DNA of 31,516 nt from a virus (Duplodnaviria; Caudoviricetes), in the IMG/VR virus record IMGVR_UViG_3300007276_000178, positions 1-31,516 of that record; one strand, written 5' to 3'. The translations under genes were made by a program, and so were the position numbers. Shown in pieces: positions 1 through 7,972 of the stretch. Position 1 is the first letter of the stretch, and the number at the start of each line of letters is the position of its first letter. Below the pieces are notes generated by a model. That model saw only the letters and a list, made by a program, of their open reading frames with translations, had not been told where the DNA came from and ran no database searches.

Positions 1-1
1 A

Positions 2-238
2 TCTATTGTAGAGAGTACAGATCAGTTATCTCTAGGACAAGATGTAATACCTATTAATTACTTCGGTGGTATTATTACAGCAGTAGGTTCACTAGAAGCT
101 CTCGTAGTTAGTGTACAACAAATAACTAACCAAGGGGATACACCTAATCCTGCCAATTGGCAGACAACTAAGTTATCTATTGCAGATACAGAATATGCTA
201 GGACTATACTCTCAGATATAACTGTAGAGGTGATCTAA
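2..238 (+). CDS. Baseplate J-like protein, C-terminal fragment (5' truncated)
   Basis: Open frame ...LSLGQDVIPINYFGGII...ITVEVI*; TAA overlaps the next ATG (TAATG); position upstream of baseplate/fibre genes. Confidence 0.55.
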   Translation, partial: SIVESTDQLSLGQDVIPINYFGGIITAVGSLEALVVSVQQITNQGDTPNPANWQTTKLSIADTEYARTILSDITVEVI

Positions 239-1008
239 TGGCTACACCTACTAAACAAGATGTAGTTGCTAATGGTTTAGATTTCCTTATAGACTTCTGG
301 AAAGATAAACCTAAAGCAAGAGGGTTACTAGAGACTCCCTTAAGAGAGTTACAAAAAGTTGAAGACACTATATTCCAACTACTAGAAGATAGAGGTATCT
401 TAGTTGCAGAAGGTGAACAGTTAAATAACTATGGTAGGTTATATAGTGTACATCGTGCTGGTATGGAAGATGATGAGTATAGATTAGCTATTCTAAGACG
501 TATAGCTATTAATAACTCAGATGGTACAGAACCGGTAATACTAGATATTCTAGTATCTATAACAGGTTGTCCCTCTCCCCAGTTATTTGAACACTACCCA
601 GCTTTCTTCATGGGGTATGTAGACAGAAGTGCTACTAGAAAACTAGCTAGAACCCTTGATGAAATATCTGCTGCTGGTGTTGGTACACTTCTGGTATTTG
701 ATGATGAAGGAGATTCCTTTGTAGGATCAGAGATACTATCTTCTCAGGATTTGATATTCACTGATAATAATGAAGCAATAGAGTTAGATGATGGCTCACT
801 ACTAGCCACACCTTCCTATATAGAATCATGGAGTAATGCACATTCTTTCTTACCAGAAATAGATGAAGATGTAGTCAACCCAATGGCAGAGATATTTGAT
901 ACTTCTCAGTTTATTGCAGAAGATGGTATCTTAACTACTAATAATAATGAAGCTATAGAACTAAGCGATGGTTCTATCCTAGCTTGGAAATTGACAACAG
1001 GATTATAA
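238..1008 (+). CDS. Baseplate wedge protein (DUF2612-like)
   Basis: AEGEQLNNYGRL...R.GMEDDEYRLAILRRIAINNSDGT pattern typical of myovirus baseplate proteins downstream of J. Confidence 0.7.
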   Translation: MATPTKQDVVANGLDFLIDFWKDKPKARGLLETPLRELQKVEDTIFQLLEDRGILVAEGEQLNNYGRLYSVHRAGMEDDEYRLAILRRIAINNSDGTEPVILDILVSITGCPSPQLFEHYPAFFMGYVDRSATRKLARTLDEISAAGVGTLLVFDDEGDSFVGSEILSSQDLIFTDNNEAIELDDGSLLATPSYIESWSNAHSFLPEIDEDVVNPMAEIFDTSQFIAEDGILTTNNNEAIELSDGSILAWKLTTGL

Positions 1009-1011
1009 TAA

Positions 1012-1371
1012 ATGGCTGAACCAGATGTACAACTAAGCTGGGCTACGACAGATATAGTAGAACAGTACGACTTAGGTAAGGGAGACGGCTTACAGGCATA
1101 TCCTAATAAATATTTACCTCCTGACCAGATACAATCTAGTGGTATAAGTGTACGAGGTAAATGGCCTAGACCTTTCCTAAACTTTATATTTAATAATATC
1201 TTCTTATGGATAGATCATTTTAGGAATAGATACATCGTAGGAGATTTGCACATAACCACTACAGCAGAAGATGCTACAGCTATTAGTACAAGATTAGGTG
1301 GTACATGGACTTTATCAGGTACGGATACAATAGGTACTGAGAGTGTAAATGTATTTAAGAAAACAGCTTAG
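1012..1371 (+). CDS. Tail/baseplate-associated protein (fibre N-terminal-like)
   Basis: W.T...PP..IQSSG....PRPFLNFIFN...WI pattern resembling fibre attachment domains; context. Confidence 0.5.
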   Translation: MAEPDVQLSWATTDIVEQYDLGKGDGLQAYPNKYLPPDQIQSSGISVRGKWPRPFLNFIFNNIFLWIDHFRNRYIVGDLHITTTAEDATAISTRLGGTWTLSGTDTIGTESVNVFKKTA

Positions 1372-1389
1372 AGAGATAAGAGATAATAT

Positions 1390-2256
1390 ATGGCAACATT
1401 AACAAGTTTTCCTGTTGAAACAAAGACGTTATCGGAATTAACAACAGCAACAGCATTAGAAGATACTGATTTAATACATTTAGATCAAGGTGGTATAGAT
1501 AAGCATATTACAGGTCAAGTAAGTAAACAAGGTCACGGCGGTATTATTCCTTGGACAAGTGGATTCTCTTATTTAGAAGGTGGTTACTGTGATAGAAATG
1601 GAGTTCTATATAGAGCTAAACAAGCCCATAGCGGGCAAGACCCAGAACTAGATATTACTAATACTTATTGGGAATACGCTAAAATAACACCCACTAAAAT
1701 AGTAACAGGTGCAGCCACATTTAATAATTCAACGAATAATATAGCACTGACAGGTATAGGCATAATTGATGGTTTAGAAACTGGTGATGTAATACAAGTT
1801 ACATCTACTACGAATAACAACGCAGAGTTTACAGTAGATGTTATAACTGATAATGATAATGTTGTCGTTAATGAGGAACATGCCGGTGGTACAACCACAA
1901 AATCGCTTGTTGATGAAACAGCGGCTTGTACAGTATTATTGTTATCTAAGTGGTATGAAGCTCCACTAGGGTTAGGGCAAGGTCGTGTGAATATGGCTAG
2001 GTCTTCTGGAGTAGTACATACAAACAACTCAAAAAGAGTTAGACCTGTACAAGTGTCTTCATCTATAGCTGGAGGCGCAGCTCAAACAACGGGATTATTA
2101 CTTGAGATTGACGGTGTGATAGTAGAAAGAACCAGACAAACCATTACAAGTAACGAACAGGGCACATCAATCAGTTTTGACGTATTGCCTAGTGAAACAT
2201 ACGAAGTTACAACACTAGGTTCTGATTCTATTGATTATTGGTTTGAGATTTTATAA
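1390..2256 (+). CDS. Tail fibre / receptor-binding protein
   Basis: N-terminal KTLSELTTATAL..D.IHLDQGG motif; CBM5/12-like W...Y..G......GVLYRAK...DP...YW; Thr-rich beta region; C-terminal R.SGV.HTN...RP..V...Y.V...WFE fibre-tip motif. Confidence 0.75.
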   Translation: MATLTSFPVETKTLSELTTATALEDTDLIHLDQGGIDKHITGQVSKQGHGGIIPWTSGFSYLEGGYCDRNGVLYRAKQAHSGQDPELDITNTYWEYAKITPTKIVTGAATFNNSTNNIALTGIGIIDGLETGDVIQVTSTTNNNAEFTVDVITDNDNVVVNEEHAGGTTTKSLVDETAACTVLLLSKWYEAPLGLGQGRVNMARSSGVVHTNNSKRVRPVQVSSSIAGGAAQTTGLLLEIDGVIVERTRQTITSNEQGTSISFDVLPSETYEVTTLGSDSIDYWFEIL

Positions 2257-2268
2257 AAAGGTGTAAAT

Positions 2269-2664
2269 ATGACAGATAAAAAGTTTTTTAAGAATGCTCA
2301 AGGGAAGTTATTCATAGATCCTATCGAGTCTAATCATGAAGGGTTGGTTAATATTATAGAGCAAGAATATGATGAACTACTCGCTGCTAAAAATACACCA
2401 CCACTTCCTACATTAGAGCAACAACGTCAAACAGCAATGCAAACTGGTGTTGGATTTGAGGGTGTTATGTGTAGCGCATTCAAAGAAGATCAATGGGGAT
2501 TAGATTCAGTAAAGGATTACATTAGAGATGGTGTTGATATAGGAGATTTCTTATTTAAGAATGGTAGTACTCTCAATATAAATCAATCTAATATAGATGC
2601 TTTTGAAGCCGTGTGGCTACCATTCAGGATTGCACATACTAAATCTAACTTCATAGGCAGCTAA
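2269..2664 (+). CDS. Tail fibre assembly/chaperone-like protein (DUF4376-like)
   Basis: Immediately after fibre; GV.FEGVMCSA.KEDQWGL motif. Confidence 0.5.
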   Translation: MTDKKFFKNAQGKLFIDPIESNHEGLVNIIEQEYDELLAAKNTPPLPTLEQQRQTAMQTGVGFEGVMCSAFKEDQWGLDSVKDYIRDGVDIGDFLFKNGSTLNINQSNIDAFEAVWLPFRIAHTKSNFIGS

Positions 2665-2666
2665 CC

Positions 2667-3020
2667 ATGTTTATAAGAAATATAGGATTACTACTCTTAG
2701 CTATAGTTGCCTCTCTTCTTCTCATCCCACTATCCATTATAAGAAACCTTGTATATAAGATAACAGACTTTGAAGAGTTTAATTTCTATATATTTGCTAT
2801 AGCACATGGAATAGATGTAATGGGGGCATCTGTCTTATTCTCCACTACATATAAAACTGTTAGTGGAGTTACAGGTAAGAAAGCAATAGAGGAAAGAGCT
2901 AAAGGATTAGAGCGTTCATATATCTATCCATTTGAAAAGTTTATTGATTGGTTATTTAATGATCCTAAACATTGTTATAAGGCTTATATTAAAGAGTATA
3001 AGTGTAAGGAGGAAGTATGA
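2667..3020 (+). CDS. Conserved phage membrane protein
   Basis: N-terminal TM; ID..G....TVSG..GK...FIDWLF.DP.HC motif often seen after fibre genes. Confidence 0.55.
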   Translation: MFIRNIGLLLLAIVASLLLIPLSIIRNLVYKITDFEEFNFYIFAIAHGIDVMGASVLFSTTYKTVSGVTGKKAIEERAKGLERSYIYPFEKFIDWLFNDPKHCYKAYIKEYKCKEEV

Positions 3021-3547
3021 GTTTACTAGCACTAGGGTTACTCAAATTTGTACCAGATGTAATTGATTTGTTCTCTAGTAAGAATAAGAAGAAAGAAACT
3101 ATTGAATTAGTCTCTAATATAGCCAAAGAGGTTACAGGGGAGAGTTCAGTAGATAATGCAGAACGTATCTTATCTAATAACCCTGAACTGGCTTATGAAT
3201 TTAAGATGGCAGTAATGGAGAATGAGACTATCCTAGAACGGATGGATGAGGAAAGCAGGGAGAGAGCTAGTAGTCAGTATAAGGTGCATAATGTTCAGGC
3301 AGATAAGATAGCAGAATCTATCATGTCTAAGAATCTAGTTATTATCTTCGTATTGGTGCTTATCAACGTAGGTGCTGTATTTACTACTTCCTATTTTAAA
3401 CTAGATGATCCGGCTACTATTGCTATTATATCTAATCTAATAGGTGTAGTCATAGGACAATTGTTAGCAGAGAGACAAACAGTAGTGTCATTCTTCTTCG
3501 GCTCATCATTAGGCAGTAAGATTAAAAGTATGATAACACCCAAGTAG
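3017..3547 (+). CDS. Holin (GTA-type 3TM holin-like)
   Basis: N-terminal amphipathic region, NPELA.EFK, two C-terminal TMs ending FFFGSSLGSK. Confidence 0.65.
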   Translation: MSLLALGLLKFVPDVIDLFSSKNKKKETIELVSNIAKEVTGESSVDNAERILSNNPELAYEFKMAVMENETILERMDEESRERASSQYKVHNVQADKIAESIMSKNLVIIFVLVLINVGAVFTTSYFKLDDPATIAIISNLIGVVIGQLLAERQTVVSFFFGSSLGSKIKSMITPK

Positions 3548-3656
3548 AAGCTCCATACAGCCCCTCTAAGGGCTTACTAATCTACCCCTAGCTACCCTAC
3601 CTAGAAACAGAGAAACGCCCTTAGAATGGAATCTAGAGCCTTCTAGGGGTATGTTT
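3545..3656 (+). repeat. Dispersed ~110-bp symmetric element, copy A
   Basis: Arms TAGAAG..TCTAAGGGC / GCCCTTAGA..CTTCTA around CTACCCTAC (3592-3600); ungapped alignment to copies B and C. Confidence 0.9.
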
Positions 3657-3682
3657 AAAGAGTATTAATACAAGGAACTCTA

Positions 3683-4057
3683 ATGATAGAAGGAATACTG
3701 AAACAAGTTCCTAACCTAGTAAGTAGTGTCGGATTATCCAATACACTTATGTTGATATTCAGTGGAATATTAGTATATTACTGTGCATATCTAGTAAGAG
3801 CTAATACTAAGAGTATCCAAACTAATGAAGAAAACTTACAAAGAAAATTAAAGTTAGTAGAGGATGACCAAAGAGCTTGCCATGTGGAAAGGGAAGCTTA
3901 TAGAAAGGAATTAACTACTACTAAGTTAAGGAACGATGAACTTAATCTCCTTAATAGGGAAGCCCAAAGGCAATTAAAAGAATCTGAGGTAGCTAGGCAA
4001 ACTACTATGGATACTTTCACTAGGACTGTAGAACAGTTTATGGCTAATAATGAATAA
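3683..4057 (+). CDS. Single-TM coiled-coil protein (paralog of 5040..5447)
   Basis: TM at about aa 20-38, then heptad-rich helix; shares R.ELN.LN...Q...K...VA..T with 5040..5447. Confidence 0.75.
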   Translation: MIEGILKQVPNLVSSVGLSNTLMLIFSGILVYYCAYLVRANTKSIQTNEENLQRKLKLVEDDQRACHVEREAYRKELTTTKLRNDELNLLNREAQRQLKESEVARQTTMDTFTRTVEQFMANNE

Positions 4058-4373
4058 TGTATTATTTATAGAAGATTCAGAAGCACATCGAACTTTAATT
4101 GAATGCTATTTAGAGGCTAGGAACGATTGTATTTATCACACTACAGAAGAAGTAGATGAATCTTTAATAGAAGCCGCTGATATTATCTTTATAGATTATC
4201 ATCTAGGTAACTTAATAGGGACTAATATAGCTAAAGATATTCAGAGAAGGTATCCCGAAAAACATATCTACATATATACAAGTAGAAATGGGATAAGGTC
4301 TGATTTCCCTGTCATACCTAAAGGTGATTTTAGAGGGTTCATGTCTGTATTAGATGAGTATATAAACACTTGA
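4050..4373 (+). CDS. Stand-alone CheY-like response-regulator receiver domain
   Basis: VLFIED (E8/D9), DIIFIDYHL (D49), G57, YT77S, K91; no output domain. Confidence 0.85.
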   Translation: MNNVLFIEDSEAHRTLIECYLEARNDCIYHTTEEVDESLIEAADIIFIDYHLGNLIGTNIAKDIQRRYPEKHIYIYTSRNGIRSDFPVIPKGDFRGFMSVLDEYINT

Positions 4374-4398
4374 CTTTATACTTCATGTATGATAAGGT
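4370..4398 (+). promoter_or_regulatory. Putative sigma70 promoter
   Basis: TTGACT-17 bp-TAAGGT with TG extended -10. Confidence 0.55.
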
Positions 4399-4441
4399 AT
4401 AGAATCAAATTAATTAATAACTAACAAGAGAGAGTAAGTAT

Positions 4442-4501
4442 ATGTCAGCACCAAGTACAGCACCACGTAATAGCGCAGATAAGCCAAAAGTGAGGAAGTA
4501 A
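4442..4501 (+). CDS. Putative 19-aa peptide MSAPSTAPRNSADKPKVRK
   Basis: AAGAGAGAG purine tract ~7 nt upstream, directly after promoter; ends with TAA TAG TAA, the last overlapping the ATG at 4507. Confidence 0.55.
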   Translation: MSAPSTAPRNSADKPKVRK

Positions 4502-4506
4502 TAGTA

Positions 4507-5067
4507 ATGTTTACTACTCTCTGGATTATTCTTATATGTATATGTTTATACTATGCAATAACACACCCTCTTAAACAAGGTGCTGGTATTAGTTTGTTGT
4601 TTGTATTGGCAGCAGTTGTACCTTATGTGTTAGGTAAGCTGGTATATAATCTACCTATGCCTCAGATACACCTATTCAACTCTATGGCTGCATTTACAGT
4701 GATAGCTATTATAGCATGGTTAGAGGATTCTACTCTAAGAGATAATATAGTTTACTTATCTATTGCGGAAGTAGGGTTGAATATAATAGGATCAGAGAGT
4801 TGGTATAAGTATCACTACATACATCTTAGTAATTATATATTTGATAATACAGGAGTGTCCTTAGTCACTGTACTAGGAGAAAATTGGATATACAATACAC
4901 TACTTATCTTATTCTACTTAGTAGCTATATACATCCTATACGATAAAGAAGATAGGGAACAGTATGTCGGAAATGGAGTATTACAGTTTGTTGGTGATAC
5001 AGTTCTTAGTCCTAATATTCGCTTTAAGGATATGGAAGAATGCCAAGAGAAACAGAAGAACTCATAA
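4507..5067 (+). CDS. Polytopic membrane protein (~5 TM)
   Basis: Multiple hydrophobic segments; GAGGAAG RBS. Confidence 0.8.
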   Translation: MFTTLWIILICICLYYAITHPLKQGAGISLLFVLAAVVPYVLGKLVYNLPMPQIHLFNSMAAFTVIAIIAWLEDSTLRDNIVYLSIAEVGLNIIGSESWYKYHYIHLSNYIFDNTGVSLVTVLGENWIYNTLLILFYLVAIYILYDKEDREQYVGNGVLQFVGDTVLSPNIRFKDMEECQEKQKNS

Positions 5068-5447
5068 GAGAAGTAAGTCTAGCAGCAGGAGGAGTGATAG
5101 GAGGTAGTACAACACTACTCACACTTACGTTAGCATTTGCTGCTTTATTCGCAATAGCAGGTATGTTTCTAATGTGGAAGCAGAACTGTAAGAGTAATAC
5201 ACAGATAAAGAAAGAATTAGATAAGAATAAAGAAGGAAGGGAGGCTTGTGAAGCTAGAGAAAGGCGGTCTAATATAGTGTTAGCTGAGATTAGAAGTTCT
5301 CTAGAGAAGTGCGAGAAGAGAGGAGAAGAGCTTAATCAGCTTAACAAGAAATCCCAACAGAAGATAAAAGATGCTATAGTAGCGCAAGAAACTATGTCTA
5401 AGATGTTACAAGATACATTTAGTAAAGTTATGGATAAGATGAACTGA
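5040..5447 (+). CDS. TM coiled-coil protein (paralog of 3683..4057)
   Basis: Hydrophobic aa ~13-45, then charged coiled coil. Confidence 0.75.
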   Translation: MPRETEELIREVSLAAGGVIGGSTTLLTLTLAFAALFAIAGMFLMWKQNCKSNTQIKKELDKNKEGREACEARERRSNIVLAEIRSSLEKCEKRGEELNQLNKKSQQKIKDAIVAQETMSKMLQDTFSKVMDKMN

Positions 5448-5482
5448 TAAGAATAATATACAATACAATTACTAATTAAACT

Positions 5483-5534
5483 AATCCCCTAACACTATGT
5501 CCCCCTCTGCGTAGTTAAGTTAGGGGATTTTTTT
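5483..5534 (+). terminator. Intrinsic terminator
   Basis: AATCCCCTAAC...GTTAGGGGATT stem followed by T-run. Confidence 0.8.
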
Positions 5535-5559
5535 ACATTTAAAATAAGAGAAATACGTT

Positions 5560-5844
5560 ATGGCACAGACATTACCAGATATTATTATAGGGCAAACTTG
5601 GATAGATATTAATACAGTGAGCGGTATTGCTGTAGGAACACCTATGTTGATTACTAACAAGGGAAGTGGAGAATTGCTAGTACTAGAACAGACAGCTACA
5701 CCAGTTGACTCTGATACACTAGGAGTACCCATAACTAATACAGATAACCCTTATGCTACAGCCAATACATTAGTAGGTAGTTTAAAGATATGGTGCAAGG
5801 CTAGAGATACATTAGGGACTACTATTAACGTACAAGAAGTGTAG
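5560..5844 (+). CDS. Hypothetical protein (possibly virion, beta-rich)
   Basis: ORF with Thr/Val-rich composition. Confidence 0.6.
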   Translation: MAQTLPDIIIGQTWIDINTVSGIAVGTPMLITNKGSGELLVLEQTATPVDSDTLGVPITNTDNPYATANTLVGSLKIWCKARDTLGTTINVQEV

Positions 5845-5853
5845 GAGATTATT

Positions 5854-6363
5854 ATGACTATAATAATAGGTGAAAGAGGAAGTGGTAAATTAAGTGGTAA
5901 TACATCTGGGTGGGCTAGTTATGTCGATACAGTTCATGTTGATTTAGGGACATCGTTTACAGTGTCGGCAGATACAGATACTATCCTGCCTAATAATGCG
6001 GGTACTATTATTGATAGTCAAAAACCCTCAGATATTGCAACGTTTTATGATGGTTCTGTAATTACAGGTAGGAATGGAGATGCTTTAGATATGATGCTTT
6101 ATTTTAAAGCAGTACCTTCGGCAGCAAACCAATGGCTTGAGGTATGGGTAGATATAGGTGGGGCGGTTGGAGAGTTATATAAGCAAACTTTTGTATTCCC
6201 TAAAGGTGCGAGTGTTGAGCGAGGTATAGTTTATGGCTTACCTAGTGCTTATACATTAGGTACATGGGAAGCAAATGGTGCAACAGTTTATGTACGATCA
6301 AATGCTATAGTAGATATTTATAAGATAAATTATAACTTCGATAGGACACATAAAGCTATATAA
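5854..6363 (+). CDS. Hypothetical protein (possibly virion, beta-sandwich)
   Basis: AGGAG RBS; beta-rich; last + strand gene before the convergent junction. Confidence 0.65.
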   Translation: MTIIIGERGSGKLSGNTSGWASYVDTVHVDLGTSFTVSADTDTILPNNAGTIIDSQKPSDIATFYDGSVITGRNGDALDMMLYFKAVPSAANQWLEVWVDIGGAVGELYKQTFVFPKGASVERGIVYGLPSAYTLGTWEANGATVYVRSNAIVDIYKINYNFDRTHKAI

Positions 6364-6376
6364 TATTGATAGTATT

Positions 6377-6610
6377 TTATAAATAATTATCTACTATTGT
6401 AAACCTATCTCCAAATGCCTTACTAAGACATCTTACAACCTTATCAGGACTACTCCAACTGGTTGCATCTTCTCTATAAGTCTTAGTAAAGTTATCTCCT
6501 TCTGTATATGCGAGATACTTGCCAAACATTTTATTCTCTTTTACTATATATCTAACACCCTGCCTGTTTAGCACAGGGTATATCTTAAACTGTAGTGTAC
6601 TTTTATTCAC
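6377..6610 (-). CDS. Hypothetical protein
   Basis: Start overlaps the upstream stop codon. Confidence 0.6.
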   Translation of the reverse strand: MNKSTLQFKIYPVLNRQGVRYIVKENKMFGKYLAYTEGDNFTKTYREDATSWSSPDKVVRCLSKAFGDRFTIVDNYL

Positions 6611-7044
6611 CGCTTCATACCATCTTGTAATACTTCTCTACTTGTATAATAAAAGGCATCATCACTACGATTACCACTCTGTAGCCACTTCTTATCTAAT
6701 CTCTCTGTGCCTAGTACAACAGCACCACACTTCATCTTATCTTGCCATGTATAACAACAGATATCTATAATCCACTTAGAATTGATTGTATCGAACCCCG
6801 CATTGAATAGTATCTTATCTATCTCTGGATGATCTGTATCTACTAATTCTAGTGGTAGCTGTCTAGGCACTTTAATACTTCTACGGAATGATTTCACTTC
6901 CTTCTCTATAGCTAATCGTTTATTAACTAATGTGAAAGCTTCTTCTGCTATATGATCCCCTGCCTCCATGATCTGATTAAATAATTCTTTCTTAAATGAC
7001 TCTTCATTGTCTACCACAAGTGTTAACTCCGTTACTGCTGTCAT
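6607..7044 (-). CDS. Hypothetical protein
   Basis: 145-aa ORF in the - strand operon. Confidence 0.7.
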   Translation of the reverse strand: MTAVTELTLVVDNEESFKKELFNQIMEAGDHIAEEAFTLVNKRLAIEKEVKSFRRSIKVPRQLPLELVDTDHPEIDKILFNAGFDTINSKWIIDICCYTWQDKMKCGAVVLGTERLDKKWLQSGNRSDDAFYYTSREVLQDGMKR

Positions 7045-7075
7045 ATTATTGTTTCTTATGTTATGGGGTTATTGT

Positions 7076-7249
7076 TTATAGGTTAAAATTTACAAAATCT
7101 TTCTCTGTGGTTATGCCATCTTCTGTATATCTAGTCCAGCCATACAGGTTTAACTGTCCATCATCATAATCTACTATCATTTCATGTTTATCTAGTAGAG
7201 CCTCCCAATCCTTCCTAAACTCAGCTTCACGTTCTGCTGCTGTAATCAT
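7076..7249 (-). CDS. Hypothetical protein, 57 aa (MITAAEREAEFRKDW...), not in ORF track
   Basis: ATGA overlap with upstream gene; fills the gap. Confidence 0.6.
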   Translation of the reverse strand: MITAAEREAEFRKDWEALLDKHEMIVDYDDGQLNLYGWTRYTEDGITTEKDFVNFNL

Positions 7250-7650
7250 ATATCTAATGCCTCTAAGTCTTTAGCTAATTTCTCCATCTCTTTCTGGATA
7301 CGTTCTTTGTGTAATTGTTTAGGAGATTTAGAAGGTTTGATGCGATATTCCCACAGAGGATTCCAAATAGGACTAAACATACTATCCCACGTCCCATCCA
7401 CTGTTAGGTACTCAATCTCAACCCCATTTGCCCATGCAATGATTAAATCTCTATGTTTATGAGGTGTTTTACCCCCTATGTATTGTAAAGACCCTTTCGT
7501 CACTAACCATACACTATTTCCCAGTTTATAATCATTAGATAACCTTTCATAAAGGTTTATATCAACAATCTCAGTAACTTCCCCTCCATACATAACCCTA
7601 TCCCCTACTTCAATAATCTTATCTGTACCTTCATACTTCTCATTAATCAT
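7246..7650 (-). CDS. Hypothetical protein
   Basis: ATG at 7650 with AGGAG RBS; PHKH.DLI.AWA.G.EIEY...W.P.W...EYRIKP phage motif. Confidence 0.7.
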   Translation of the reverse strand: MINEKYEGTDKIIEVGDRVMYGGEVTEIVDINLYERLSNDYKLGNSVWLVTKGSLQYIGGKTPHKHRDLIIAWANGVEIEYLTVDGTWDSMFSPIWNPLWEYRIKPSKSPKQLHKERIQKEMEKLAKDLEALDI

Positions 7651-7652
7651 TT

Positions 7653-7764
7653 TATACACTCCTGTAAGCCTCTGTACGGCTCTCTGATATTACCCCTACC
7701 TACCCTACCTATTCAAGCTAAAAAGCTCTTAGAATGGAATGTAGGGCGTTCTAGGAGCATGTTT
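7653..7764 (+). repeat. Dispersed ~110-bp symmetric element, copy B
   Basis: CTCCTGTAAGCCTCTGTACGG...CTACCCTAC (7700-7708)...CTTAGAATGGAAT...TTCTAGG...ATGTTT. Confidence 0.9.
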
Positions 7765-7963
7765 ATACTGCTATTACGCAGTCTTCCTCTGCAACACTTA
7801 ATTCTCCAATAACCTTTGCACAGTCTAGGCAGAAAAGAATACTCTGCCCCCTATTTAGGGAAGTGTATGTATAGATTATTTTATCTCCTTTATATAAACT
7901 TCTATTACACCCCCTACAACCTCCATTTCTTTGTATAGACCTTCTTTCAATTTCATTATACAT
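7763..7963 (-). CDS. Small zinc-binding protein
   Basis: CRGC ... CLDC. Confidence 0.65.
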   Translation of the reverse strand: MYNEIERRSIQRNGGCRGCNRSLYKGDKIIYTYTSLNRGQSILFCLDCAKVIGELSVAEEDCVIAV

Positions 7964-7972
7964 AATGATAGC

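Noticed and set aside
1665-2027. Antisense and overlapping ORFs in the track (also 5520-5732, 6519-6770, 9069, 13524, 14394, 16001, 16600, 20480, 22088, 22459, 26680, 26941, 28899, 29870)
   Set aside because: Shadows of well-supported genes on the opposite strand, with no recognisable motifs
4442-5067. Peptide plus membrane protein as canonical agrD/agrB or arbitrium aimP/aimR
   Set aside because: Peptide lacks Cys and a signal or amphipathic leader; no TPR receptor or AgrC-type kinase in the window
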